NCBI GenBank assembly: GCA_030324005.1
Contig: JARDVH010000146.1
Span: forward strand, 27,243,952 to 27,307,951
Origin: Negaprion brevirostris
Lineage: Eukaryota
Direction of reading: 5' to 3'
Length of the DNA: 64,000 nucleotides
In this document: positions 1-12,295 of the stretch, in pieces
How the letters are laid out: each line of letters begins with the position of its first letter
Numbering within the stretch: position 1 is the first letter of the stretch
The notes under the pieces: generated by a model
What the model was told of the DNA's origin: nothing
The model's database searches: none
Seen by the model: only the letters and a program-made list of their open reading frames with translations
Translations under genes and position numbers: made by a program

Positions 1-1031
1 TTGTTCTGTAACTCTCTCCAGTGCCCTACCATTAACTGAGTAAGTCCTACCCTGGTTCAATCTACCAAAATGCATCACCTCGCATTTATCTAAATTAAAC
101 TCCACCTGCCATTCGTCAGCCCACTGGCCCAATTAGTCAAGATCCCGTTGCAATTGGAGATAACTTCCTTCACTGTCCTTTATGCCACCAATCTTGGTCA
201 TCTGCAAACTTACTAACCATGCCCCCTATATTCTCAAACAAATCATTAATATAAATTACAAATAATAGTGGGGCCAGCACTGATCCCTGAGGCAAGCCGC
301 TGGTCACAGGCCTCCAGTTTGAAAAATAACTCTCTACAACCAGGGTGAGGTATCTAAATGGATACAAAATTGGCTTTTCTATCAAGATTTAACTTTATGT
401 AACAACCTACCATGTGATACCTTGTCAAAGGCTTTGCTAAAGTCCATGCAGACAACATCAACTGCACTGCCTCCATTGACCTTCTTGGTTACTCCTTCAA
501 AAAACTCAATCAAATTTGTGAGACATGATTTTCCTCTCACAAAGCCATGCTGACTGTCCCTCATCAGTCCTTGCATTTCTAAATGCCTGTAGATCCTGTC
601 TCTTAAAATACCTTCCAACAATTTACCCACCACAGACATGAGGGTGAGTGGCCTGTAGCTCCCAGGCTTTTCCCTGCAGCCTTTTTTAAATAAAGGCACA
701 ACATTTGCCACTCTTCAATCTTCAGGCACTTCACCTGTGACTATTGACGATTCAAATATCTTGGCTAGGGGACCTGCAATTTCCTCCCTAACGTCCTGGC
801 GTATACCTCATCAGGCCCCAGAGATTTATCTACCTAGATGCGCTTAAGACTTCCAGCACCACCTCCTCTGTAATATGTACAGTCCTCAAGGCATCACTAT
901 TAATTTCCCCAAGTTCCCTAACATCCCTACTTTTCTCAACAGTAAATATTGATGAGAAATATTCATTTAGGATCTCACCCATCTCTTGTGTATCTGCACA
1001 TAGATGACCCTGTTGATCCTTAAGAGGCCCT
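1..1031 (-). mobile_element. CR1-clade LINE, decayed reverse-transcriptase region
   Basis: Minus-strand ORFs 382-711 (ANVVPLFKKG..PGSYRPLTLMSVVGKLLE..SQHGFVRGKSCLTNLIEFFE..DFSKAFDKV) and 170-385 (VTSGLPQGSVLAPLLFVIYINDL..SKFADD) are typical CR1 RT motifs; frameshifted; runs into an N gap. Confidence 0.93.
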
Positions 1032-2203
1032 NNNNNNNNNNNNNNNNNNNNNNNNNNNNNNNNNNNNNNNNNNNNNNNNNNNNNNNNNNNNNNNNNNNNN
1101 NNNNNNNNNNNNNNNNNNNNNNNNNNNNNNNNNNNNNNNNNNNNNNNNNNNNNNNNNNNNNNNNNNNNNNNNNNNNNNNNNNNNNNNNNNNNNNNNNNNN
1201 NNNNNNNNNNNNNNNNNNNNNNNNNNNNNNNNNNNNNNNNNNNNNNNNNNNNNNNNNNNNNNNNNNNNNNNNNNNNNNNNNNNNNNNNNNNNNNNNNNNN
1301 NNNNNNNNNNNNNNNNNNNNNNNNNNNNNNNNNNNNNNNNNNNNNNNNNNNNNNNNNNNNNNNNNNNNNNNNNNNNNNNNNNNNNNNNNNNNNNNNNNNN
1401 NNNNNNNNNNNNNNNNNNNNNNNNNNNNNNNNNNNNNNNNNNNNNNNNNNNNNNNNNNNNNNNNNNNNNNNNNNNNNNNNNNNNNNNNNNNNNNNNNNNN
1501 NNNNNNNNNNNNNNNNNNNNNNNNNNNNNNNNNNNNNNNNNNNNNNNNNNNNNNNNNNNNNNNNNNNNNNNNNNNNNNNNNNNNNNNNNNNNNNNNNNNN
1601 NNNNNNNNNNNNNNNNNNNNNNNNNNNNNNNNNNNNNNNNNNNNNNNNNNNNNNNNNNNNNNNNNNNNNNNNNNNNNNNNNNNNNNNNNNNNNNNNNNNN
1701 NNNNNNNNNNNNNNNNNNNNNNNNNNNNCACCATCGCTCTCAAGACTGGCCTTCAGAAAGTTTCTTCAGGACAAAGGACAGAACCCTGCCAGATGGAGAC
1801 ACTAATGTAGGACTTTGACTCACTGGACACTTCACTCACATGAATTTACGGCAATAACTGATTTGATTTTGTGAGAGGAAGTAAAGAAGTTAACATTTGT
1901 TTTTGAAAGCAAACTCCGAACTATACTGAATGGCTGCGTATGCATCTTATTGATTGGAATATTTGTTCCTGCACTGGAACTGGCTTACTCTATCCTGCAC
2001 TGGCCTGTGCTGCAGTGTTGTCGTCAGCTGATTTTTCCATCATTTTGCTGCAAGCGCCATGTCTGTTCATCTCAAAACTCACATCGCAATATTGACCATC
2101 TTTACCGCCATTCTAGTTCAGCAATTATGCACAGACATGTTTTTACAAGTTAAAAACCACTAATGCAGTTAAGCAGTGATCAATTTGTGTATTTTTGTCC
2201 TTT

Positions 2204-2361
2204 GGGCCTTTCCGTGGCATAAGGATGGGTAGGATAGGGATGGGCATGACATCATTTATGGGAGGGGTGTGTCATCATGAGGGAGGGGTGTGACATCATG
2301 AGGGAGGGACTCCAGAAATGAAGGTTGAGCACAGGCCCCGACAAAGTGTAAGTCTGCCTCT
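2204..2361. repeat. Short tandem repeat (GGGAGGGGTGTG[A/T]CATCATGA-like) in a possible non-autonomous DNA transposon end
   Basis: Two near-identical ~21-nt units plus partial copies at 2246-2310; the end (CAGGCCCCGACAAAGTGTAAGTCTGCCTCT) resembles hAT-type termini (inference). Confidence 0.35.
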
Positions 2362-3219
2362 AAACACAATTTAAGCAAAAACTTGCTTCAAAAGGATTTG
2401 TTTCCTGAGGCAAGCTCCATAGAAAGTGATGCATGAGTAACAAGGCAAGAAGTATTTAAAATTTCCTACCAGAATTATTGTTTATTAGCTCTCCCATCTC
2501 AAATATCTCTGTATTTGCCCTCAGGGTGAGAAAGGGGCTTATTTGAATTTCCCCCTGCCCAGTAATACTGTGCCTGCTGTTCACGATGTGGTTTAATCAA
2601 TAGCAGGGAGGCCAAAGATGGATTAGAAGATTGATTTGCTGAAGATCTCTGTTCTGTCTATAGGAATGAAGATCCCACTGGCAGGAAGGATGGGAAGGGC
2701 CCACCCCCAGTTTCTCAATGAGACACCCGCACATTTATCTCCCCTTTCAGATCAGCATTAACTGACCAGTTGGTGAACCGTATCCAAGCACGCACACGAT
2801 TCATTAATAACTGCAAATGAGCAGAACTAAATCTATGGAAGAACCTGATTCCTAAGCAGGAGGCAGATACAAATTATAATTTCTTTAGTCTGTTTGCTGT
2901 ACAGTCCACACATTAACCTGCTGTCTCCATCCTACTCCAATCCCCTGACCCTTAGAAAGGGGGATCCCATACCAGGGTCACCTTTGCCCCTCCTTCAGGT
3001 CTCTCCAAACAAAGCTAACTTGTGATTTTGCTTCATTACTGATTGGATGACAGTATCAAATTTGGGTCCAATGCTCTAGCCCAACACTCAGCCCTCAGTG
3101 ATTATAGGCTGGAATATAGGACAAGATAAAGGAATGGTGGAAGTCAAGATTCCCCAAGGAAAAGAGTCAAACAGGGTCACAAGCTGAGAGAGTTCTTTTA
3201 CCTTCCAGCAAATTTGCTG

Positions 3220-3348
3220 CTTCAAAAAAGGCGAGTGAGGCTGTTCAGCCAATCACAGGCTCACTCCTCCCTAGCGAGCCTATCAGCAGCAAATGCAGGG
3301 TGGGATCAGTCTGTGATTGGCTGAATAGCTTCACTGGCTTTTTCGAAG
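3220..3348. repeat. Imperfect ~41-bp inverted repeat (hairpin) with a CCAAT box in each arm
   Basis: 3220-3261 CTTCAAAAAAGGCGAGTGAGGCTGTTCAGCCAATCACAGGCT vs reverse complement of 3308-3348 CTTCGAAAAAGCCAGTGAAGCTATTCAGCCAATCACAGACT. Confidence 0.85.
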
Positions 3349-3550
3349 AAATGGTCAGTCAGGCGTGAGTGCGTGTAGATAGCCTGGAATTTCGGTTTAA
3401 TTTGACACTCTGGCCTTGTGCTCTTTCGCCAATATCTCGTGGTTGGGTTCAGAAGGAGGAAATTCTGTTTGGTTCCAAGAATTAACAAGAGGTAAACTCA
3501 TTCAGTTTGGTGCTCCCCTGATAGTTGGGAGCCCCATGCCAGGACACAAT

Positions 3551-3675
3551 GGGTGTGATTTTACAGCCTCACTCTGCCCGAAAGTGTAAAATCCCACGCA
3601 AAGTCAACCCTTCCCATTGTCTGCCCCTCGTCTGCTCCAATTCCTGTGGCAGGCTGGCCAGTGAAATTCTGGCCC
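3551..3675. mobile_element. MITE, PIF/Harbinger-like
   Basis: Degenerate TIRs GGGTGTGATTTTAC...GTGAAATTCTGGCCC; ~125 bp; a related element lies at 49781-49918. Confidence 0.55.
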
Positions 3676-3783
3676 GTGTCTTTCATTGTAAGTCCATTCC
3701 TGAACTTTTCCAAAGGTGTGTGTTAGGCTGCAGTTCAGCTTAACCACTTTCTGTGGTCAGTTCCCATATAGAGCTCTGATTAT

Positions 3784-4090
3784 GTGTGGCACAGTGGTTA
3801 GTGCTGCTGCCTCACAGCACCAGGGACACTTGTCCGATTCCAGGCCTTGGTCACTGTCTTGTGCACAGTCTGCACATTCTCCCCATGTCTGATGGTTTTC
3901 CTCCAGGTGCTCTGATTTCCTCCCACAGTCTAAAAGATGTGCTGGTTAGCTGCATTAGCCATGCCAAATTCTCCCTCAGTATACCCGAACATGTGCTGGA
4001 GTGTGGCAACTAGGGGAATTTCATAGTAACTTCATTGCTGTGATAATGTAAGCCTATTTGTGATACTAATAAATGAACTGAACTAATAAA
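3784..4090 (+). mobile_element. tRNA-derived V-SINE (HE1-like head and core) with non-CR1 3' tail
   Basis: A-box head GTGGCACAGTGGTTAG, V-core (CACATTCTCCCCATGTCTG..TTTCCTCCCACAGTC), tail AACTTCATTGCTGTGATAATGTAAGCCTATTTGTGATACTAATAAA. Confidence 0.88.
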
Positions 4091-5475
4091 CTAAACATCA
4101 ATTCCCCAGCCAGTGACAGTGTACAGTATGTGGCTATGACGTGATTTTCTATTAAGGCAGTATCTTCTCGGGACTACAGAAGACATTAACCATTTTGTAA
4201 TGTTGCCACTAGAAAGTCTTAAGGTAATTGGATGCCCTTTTATTTTATCAGACTGCCACTGCTGTGTAATTGGTCTGACAAAAAATGATGCATGCAAATG
4301 AGAAAGTGAGTGGGCCCTTATTTCATAGGAAAAGTGGCAGTAAATGTAACAAACAGGTAGGATAACAGAAAACAGAACTTTTTAGTTGACTGGAATAATG
4401 CAATCCACATATTTCAATCACAATGCAGTGACTTAATCCTTCTCATTGTAAAATAAATATCGGTGATGTTGTGGTAAAGTGACTTGGAACATCAGTGCCT
4501 TGCGACAGGGAACAGTTGATATATGGTCCCTTGTGTGCTACAGGCAATCTTAGACTCAGCAAGACAGACAAACGGTTGATTGCTCTGTTCCTGATGCATG
4601 TCCTTATAAATGTCACTAAAAAGTTTCACATGGTGATTTTCCTTGCGTCTCAGTAATGAATGACATACCTGAGGCATTGAGGAGTGACAGCGTGCTATCT
4701 ATAGTGCCTTAAATGTGTTTTTATTTTGATTTTCCCAACTGCAGCAGCTCTGTGAGTGATAGCATTCTCGGGGTTCCCTCAGAGCCAATTCCAAAGATAT
4801 TGCAAGATCTCATTGCTACTTTCACCTTCTGCATTCCTTAGGTTACAGAAAAATGTCTCTTTTTAAGTGACACATAGAGGAGTTAAGTCGCAATATCCGT
4901 TAAGTCGAACAAGGTATTTGGGCTCACTCAATCAGCTGAGCATTAAACTAAATTGGACGACTTATTCTCTTGTCTGTAAATATCTTAGTCAAGGTGCTGG
5001 TGAAAATATTCCACTCTGCTGTCTCAAAGCTGAGTGGCTTGGTGAGACTCACTATACAAGCTTAAATGTTCAGAATAGCCACTTGCAGCAGCCTTCATTC
5101 AGTAATGATCAGAATTTGGGCCCTGTCAAGAAAGGAAGCGGAGAAAAACCACAAAAAACGTCTGTTTGTGTGATAAGAAGGTGCATGTAATAAGATCTGA
5201 TTATATGCTACGTATATGTTTTTCCTCTAACTGCACCAGTCCTGTACCATGTCGATTTTCAATTTAATTCTGCAGATCTCTATTTTGCGCTCTCATTGCT
5301 CATTACACGTGTCTCCAATTATATCCCATCTTGTACACAATCAGATCGTCAGCTCAGTACTGATCTTAACTTTGACATTATCTCCACAGCAGCTAATAAT
5401 TCTTTGTGTTATTTTCACTTAGTAAAATACACCATTCNNNNNNNNNCAACTAAGAAGATAACAAAAGTGAATTGA

Positions 5476-5570
5476 TGCAGATGTTGGAAATCTGAAATGA
5501 AAACAGAAGATGCTGGAAATACTCGGAATTCAGGCACGACCTGTGGGCAAGAAAAAGAGTTAATGGCTGG
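5476..5570 (-). mobile_element. Penelope-like element terminal fragment
   Basis: GATGTTGGAAATCTGAAATGAAAACAGAAGATGCTGGAAATACTC; same family as 14717-14770, 27622-27745 and, inverted, 57622-57675. Family assignment is inference. Confidence 0.5.
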
Positions 5571-6559
5571 AACCTTATGGAGTTGACGGATTGGGGGTTA
5601 GGGTTAGGCAGGCCCAATGAGAGACTCACATTGCCTCTTTTGCCAAAGGCCTGTCGAACCACAAACCAATCAGTTGGTCAGGAGTGCAGTGGCAGGTCTT
5701 TCCCCAGAATCAGGACCCCGGATGCAGAATCCGGCCTACCTTGGGCAATGGCTCTTTTGCACAGCATCATAACCAGGGAAGAGGTGGCTGCTGCTGGAAT
5801 GACAGCCTCCCAATGCCCATAATCACCCAGAACACAGCTAGGTACTGGTGGATGGGGGGTGCGGTTTCATGGGTGGAGGTTTGGAGTAGTGAGGTGGGGG
5901 ATGGAGGTTCAGCAGCAAGGGCAGGGCAGTGGCTTTCAGTGGGCCACAGCTTCCCAATTCCGGCTCTCAGTAATGGAACATTTTCAAACTCTGTGCCAGC
6001 AGTGGGAACTTCATTCAGCAAAAATACATAAATGTCTGCCAAAAATGACAGATATTGATCAGAATTTAATGTCCCCATCCCTCCATGTGACAGCGAATTG
6101 GGAGGTGGGGTGCATTTAATCAGGCAGATGGGTGTGGGATGGGTGTCCCACCACCTTCTACTCTACATGCTAATTGAGGACCTTTAGTGAACAACTAATG
6201 CCTTCTTCAGGGTCTCATCTCACCACTGCTGGCTGCTGGCATCGATGGCAGGTGGGTTAATGTGTGATGCAGGAAGCTTGAAAAGCAAATTCTTTCCTTC
6301 CAGGCTCCCAGGGGAGTGGGATTTTTGTGCAAAAGTCAGTGCTTAATTGAGGGACCTGGACTCAGAAAGGAGGGCGGAGGGGCACTAGGAGCCTCCCTGC
6401 CCTTTCTCCTGATCAGATAAGTAAATCCTGCTTATAAATAAAGTCGCAGAAATGGAGCATTTACCATTATTGGTCCAAATTCCATAGAAAATCATCCCAT
6501 CCCTTCTTCATCTAGTCCAATGCTGCTATACCTGTTTTCATCGTGTTTCCGACTGCTTT

Positions 6560-8945
6560 GGGTGATGGTTTTTGATGAACTATTTTTCTGATTGTAGATT
6601 ATGTACATATGGCCATGACCTGTACACAGGAAGTGATGTGTCGGTAGCACGTGAGTTCTCACTAGAATGACTACAGACATGGTGTGTAAGAGCTACTTTG
6701 TCCTTTGTCATCATTCCTACACAACCCAGAAACTTCACATGGCATCGGGAGCTGGCCAAGATGGCACAAGGACTTTGGTGCATTAACCTGTCATCTTTGA
6801 TGACAGCACCACTGACAATTAGAAATTATTGAAAAAGAATGCCAGTCTCTCTGACAAATTGGTGAAGATACAAGCACACCACTGAACCTACTGGGCCTGG
6901 ACACTCAGAAAACTTTAATCATTTGTCTTTCAAAGGGCAGAAGATCAAGAAGACTCTGAGGTACTGTAAACAACAGTCAAACAGATATCTGAGGCAGTAA
7001 AAAATATCATCTTTGACAGACACATTTTTAACACTACTAACCAGAATTTTGATGAGTCAAAACAATCATAAGCCTCGACTTTGAAAGTCTGGTGAAAAAA
7101 TGTGCATTCAATGCTGTCACTGATGAACTTGTCAGAGACCCCACAGTATGTGGAATACACAGTGATGCTGCACACATGCAGTTACATCACAAAAAAAAAC
7201 TTTACGTTAGTTTCTACTATCAGTATCTGTGTGCTAAATGAGCAGTCCGAGAGAAGCACCAGGGAACTAAGGAGAGAAACAAAATTTTCCTGATACAGAG
7301 CATACTGCCTGAACTGCAGCAGTCAGCATCTACAAAAAAGAAGCGTGTACTTTGCATTTAATAAGCATTGAAATAATTGTAGTAATTGTAGCAAATCAAA
7401 TCACTTTGCTAAGTGTTGCAGCTCAAAGCCACAGCAACTTGCCGCTGCCATTTGCCACTTTGTAGTCGGCTACCCGTCCAAGATTCAGAACACGAACAGA
7501 CTAAATGAGTTGGAAACCAGAGCATCGAAAACCTTAGAACATTCTATTGCGAAAGCATTGATTTTATCACAGGAGCGATATATTCATAATGGTAAAACAT
7601 TGTTCACAGCAATGCCAAATTTAAAGTCAAATTCAACACTAGGGCAAAATACAATGTATTGTTGAAGCAGCTTCTATGAGAAATCGATCCCTGTGCCGCG
7701 GCAGATTCTACCAACGAAGTAAACCTTGTCACATATGCACAGTACATATATTCATCCTGCACTGCACACAGGACAAGTCCACACAGTTGACCAGCATACC
7801 AACCTGCTGTTGGGTCTACAGGATAACACTGCACTGGGACTAGTCCACCATGGGCTGGATGTATACCCCCTACAGCACCACACCCCAGAGATGCTGTAAT
7901 GCAAAGTCCTGTTTGGCTGTGATATTATTGGGAAGTTGCCTGTGAGGCTGGATAACTCAGTAACATTGCTGTCTGTGCTCCAGGAAGAGTATCCTTCAAG
8001 GTGAAACAGAAGATAGTAAATGAATTGGATTGAATGACAAGATTGGGAACAATAGCCCCCATAGATGAGGCCAAGTGTGGGTTTCTGTGACAGTAGTTGC
8101 AGTAAGGAAAGACAGCATGGTCAGAATCTGCATTGACCCAGTTCATCTAAATAAAACATTCCAAGACCACCCTATGTAGACAGTTGAACAAGTTATGGCT
8201 GACATGCCCAATGTTAAGGTTTTCAGCATTCTGGATGTAAAGTGGATTTTGGCATATTCTCCTGGATGAAGAATCTTTGAAGCTGTCTATACTTGTGTCT
8301 CTGGTGGGCATTAGCGCTCCCTCCGCATGCAGTATGGGATCTCCATTGGCAGTGAGGTTTCCAAGCGGTCCATGGGACAGCTCTTAGCAGAACAATCTAT
8401 TGAAATCATCATTGATGACATCTGGTCTGGAGTTCTACAATGCGAGAACATAATACATGTCTGCATTTGGTTCTCGACAGAATCAGGACTATGCATTTGG
8501 AGCTGAATCATGCTGAATGCAGGTTCAGAATCAGTCAAGTCCCCTACGTGGGCTATCTGCTCACAGCCAATGGTGTGGAGCCAGACCCGGAGTAGACAGT
8601 GATTACAGGGCAAATGTCTATCCCTGAGGACAAACATGCCCTGCAGTGTTTCCTCGGTGTGACAATTTATCTATCAATGTCATTCCCTGTTACAGTGAGG
8701 TGACTGAATCCTCTGTCAACTTCTCCACCAGAAGTTGTCAGCAGGAGCACCATGATGTTGGCATTCAACAATCTCAAAGATTTGATTTCAGCTAACTTTG
8801 TTACAATACTTCGATGTTCGAGCGCCTGTACTCTTATCAGCAGATAACTTTCAGCACAGACTCGGTGCAGTATGTAACCAGAATGGCAGACTTTTGCATC
8901 AAGGGCTCTCACTGACACGGAAACCCACTATACTCACATCATACA
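6560..8945 (+). mobile_element. Gypsy/Ty3 LTR retrotransposon internal relic (gag zinc knuckle, protease, RT, RNase H), heavily pseudogenised
   Basis: CSNCSKSNHFAKCC (CX2CX4HX4C) at 7378-7419; degenerate protease FKVKFNTRAKYNVL ~7620; RT WVSVTVVAVRKDSMVRICIDPVHLNK ~8080-8155, VFSILDVK, GFWHILLDEES, RMQYGISIGSEV, IEIIIDDI; RNase H LQYFDVRAPVLLSAD..LGAV..ASRALTDTET. Confidence 0.9.
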
Positions 8946-8965
8946 TCGAAACATACAGGTCCTCG

Positions 8966-9074
8966 CGAGTGGGCGAGGACCTGGCAGATGGAGTATAATG
9001 TTAGCAAGTGTGAGGTTATCCACTATGGCAGAAATAATAGTAGGAGGGATTATTATTTAAAAGGCGAAAAGCTG
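8966..9074 (+). mobile_element. CR1 LINE fragment
   Basis: EWARTWQMEYNVSKCEVIHYGRNN, typical CR1 RT C-terminal motif; truncated by an N gap. Confidence 0.85.
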
Positions 9075-9865
9075 NNNNNNNNNNNNNNNNNNNNNNNNNN
9101 NNNNNNNNNNNNNNNNNNNNNNNNNNNNNNNNNNNNNNNNNNNNNNNNNNNNNNNNNNNNNNNNNNNNNNNNNNNNNNNNNNNNNNNNNNNNNNNNNNNN
9201 NNNNNNNNNNNNNNNNNNNNNNNNNNNNNNNNNNNNNNNNNNNNNNNNNNNNNNNNNNNNNNNNNNNNNNNNNNNNNNNNNNNNNNNNNNNNNNNNNNNN
9301 NNNNNNNNNNNNNNNNNNNNNNNNNNNNNNNNNNNNNNNNNNNNNNNNNNNNNNNNNNNNNNNNNNNNNNNNNNNNNNNNNNNNNNNNNNNNNNNNNNNN
9401 NNNNNNNNNNNNNNNNNNNNNNNNNNNNNNNNNNNNNNNNNNNNNNNNNNNNNNNNNNNNNNNNNNNNNNNNNNNNNNNNNNNNNNNNNNNNNNNNNNNN
9501 NNNNNNNNNNNNNNNNNNNNNNNNNNNNNNNNNNNNNNNNNNNNNNNNNNNNNNNNNNNNNNNNNNNNNNNNNNNNNNNNNNNNNNNNNNNNNNNNNNNN
9601 NNNNNNNNNNNNNNNNNNNNNNNNNNNNNNNNNNNNNNNNNNNNNNNNNNNNNNNNNNNNNNNNNNNNNNNNNNNNNNNNNNNNNNNNNNNNNNNNNNNN
9701 NNNNNNNNNNNNNNNNNNNNNNNNNNNNNNNNNNNNNNNNNNNNNNNNNNNNNNNNNNNNNNNNNNNNNNNNNNNNNNNNNNNNNNNNNNNNNNNNNNNN
9801 NNNNNNNNNNNNNNNNNNNNNNNNNNNNNNNNNNNNNNNNNNNNNNNNNNNNNNNNNNNNNNNNN

Positions 9866-10070
9866 CTGTCAGACTCTTGAATGGACTTACCTTGCATTAA
9901 GTTGATCTTTCTCTACACCCGTAGCTGTGACTGTAACACTACATTCTGCGCTCTGTCATTTCCTTCTCTATGATCCGTATGTTTTGTCTGTATAGCGCGC
10001 AAGAAATAATACTTTTCACTGTATGTTAATACATGTGATAATAATAAATCAAATCAAATCAAATCAAATC
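9866..10070 (+). mobile_element. LINE 3' end (probably Rex1/Babar) with (AAATC)5 tail
   Basis: 3'UTR-like sequence ending TGTGATAATAATAAATC followed by AAATC repeats (10046-10070); clade assignment is inference. Confidence 0.6.
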
Positions 10071-10325
10071 CCTCAAGCAAGAACATTCTTTCTCAGATAA
10101 GGACACAGAACTGCACACAGTATTCCAAGGGTGGTCTCACCAATGCCCTATACAACTGCAATAAAATTCCAATACTCAAATCCTCTCATTATGAATGCCA
10201 ACATACCATTTGCCTTCTTTACTGTCTGTAGTACCTGCACGCTTAGTTTCAGTGACTGATGCACACGAACCCCAAAGTCTGAGTATCTACTGCTCTCAAT
10301 TTACACTCATTCAAATAATAATCTG
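10071..10325 (-). mobile_element. CR1 LINE fragment
   Basis: Antisense of the LYRALVRPxLEYCVQF region (CTGCACACAGTATTCCAAGGGTGGTCTCACCAATGCCCTATACAACTGCA). Confidence 0.8.
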
Positions 10326-10834
10326 TCCCTCCAATGTTATGATACAGCTGAGTACCTATACTCTTATTAGAAGATGCCTTGAGAAGGAACTCCTGACCTT
10401 AGTCTTTGTGGCATTGGGAGGTACGCTCAGGGGTGAGGGGGTTATGGATTTCCAATGTCCAGGGAAGGCTGGGGGGAGAAGGGGGCCCAAATCTGAGAGG
10501 AACCCACCTTTCCACCTGAGATGGGGTAAAGTGTTAAAGTCACTTTTCTACCTTATCCACAGCCGCTCCATCAGCTTAAAAATTGTGGCTGAGCAGGATA
10601 AGGCCCTTAAATGACCATTAAGTAGACACGTAAAGGCCTTAGTAGATGAATGGGTAGGTTTCCCACCCAAGGAGCAGGACCTGTCTGCCTCAGCATGAAA
10701 TTACATTTGGGTGGGAGGGAGTCCTGAGGAAATCTTATCCATTCAATCTTATACTCCATACCCAACTCGCCCCGTCCCCACTTCCTGCCTCACAACTCAT
10801 TTTGGGGGTAGCATAAAGTAAATTCTGCCCCATA

Positions 10835-11880
10835 TTATTTGAGTGGAGAGAGATTGCAGAACTCTGCAGTACAATGGGATCTGGGAATCCTGATACATGA
10901 ATTGCAAAAGTTAGTATGCAGGTACAGCAAGAGATTAGACAGGCAAATGGAATGCTGTAGTTTATTGCGAGGACAATGGAATTTAAAAGTAGGGAGGTAT
11001 CAGACAGAGTGTTGGTGAGACCACATCTGGAGTACTATGTGCAGCTTTGGTCTTCTTATTTAAGAAAGATATAATTACAGAAGGTTCATTCAGCTGACTG
11101 TTGGGATGACGGGATTGTCTTATGAGGAAAGGCTGGAACAGCTGGGCCTGTATATATTGGAGTTTAGAAAAAATGAGAGGTGACCTTATTGAAATAGACA
11201 GAGTCATAGAGGTTTACTGCATGAAAACAGGCCCTTCAGTCCAACTTGTCCATGCTGCCCAGTTTTTACCATTAAGTTAGTCCCAGAAGCCTACATTTGG
11301 CCTATATCCCTCTACACCAATCTTACCCATGTAACTCTCTGAATGCTTTTTAAAAGACAAAATTGTATCTGCCTCTACTACTACATCTGGCAGCTTATTC
11401 CAGACACTCACCATCCTCTGTGTGAAAAAATTGCTTCTCTGGTCCCTTTTGTATCTCTCCCCTCTCACCTTCAACTTATGCCCTCTATTTTTAAACTCCC
11501 CAATGTAAATACGTAAGATTCCAAGGGGACTTGACAGGATGAATGTTGAAAGGATGTTTTCCCTTGTGGGGAGGCTAGAACGAGGAGGCACGGTTTAAAA
11601 ATAAGGGTCTGCTTTTTAAGATGGAGACAGTGAGAATTCTTTTCTTTTTGAGACTTGCTAGTCTGTGGAATTCCCTTCCTTAGAGTGTGGTGGAGGCTGG
11701 CTGATTGAATATTTTTAAACCTGAGTTAGATAGAGTTTCGACAGAACAAAGAGTCAAAGGTTATTGGAGATGGGCAGAAAAGTAGAGGCCACAATCAGAT
11801 CAGCCATGATCTCATTGAATGGCGGAGCAGGCTTGAGAGGCAGAATGGCTTACTCCTGCTCTTAATTTGTATGTTTATAT
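10835..11880 (+). mobile_element. CR1 LINE 3' portion, split by a nested antisense CR1
   Basis: Degenerate RGDLIE..KI..GLDR and 3' tail GGCGGAGCAGGCTTGAGAGGCAGAATGGCTTACTCCTGCTC; host sequence stops ~11195 and resumes ~11506. Confidence 0.85.
11200..11500 (-). mobile_element. CR1 LINE 3' end nested in opposite orientation
   Basis: Minus ORF segment RGHKLKVRGERYKRDQRSNFFTQRMVSVWNKLP; tail GAGTCATAGAGGTTTAC on + strand. Confidence 0.85.
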
Positions 11881-11904
11881 GTAAGGGTAGAATTTGAAAG
11901 ATGT

Positions 11905-12295
11905 AGCATAGAAAAGGCTCTTCAATCCGTTGAGCTTCCACCGACAATAACTACAACTAATGTCGCACTAATCCCAGTTTCCAGCACTTGTCCCATTTCC
12001 TTGACTGGTGTTTCAAGTGCCCATCCAAATATTTTTTGAAGATTGTAATAATTCCAGCTTCAAATATCTTCCCAGGTAGTGCATTCCAGAGTCCCTCTGA
12101 GTGAAAAATGTTTTCTCAAATCCCCTCTAAATCGTCTGTCCCTTGCCCTAAAACTATGTCCCTTCATGATTGACCCTTCAACCAAGGGGAACAGCTGCTT
12201 CCTATTCACCCTGTCCACACCCCTTATAACCTTATACACCAGAATCGTGTCCCCCCTCAACCTACTCTGCACTAGAGAAACAATCCAAGCCTATC
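11905..12295 (-). mobile_element. CR1 LINE 3' end
   Basis: Minus ORF 12060-12272 RLRGDTILVYKVIRGVDRVNRKQLFPLVEGS..GHSFR. Confidence 0.8.

Noticed and set aside
3784-3850. tRNA-like A/B-box sequences here and at many other sites
   Set aside because: They are SINE heads followed by V-core and tail; no cloverleaf tRNA gene.
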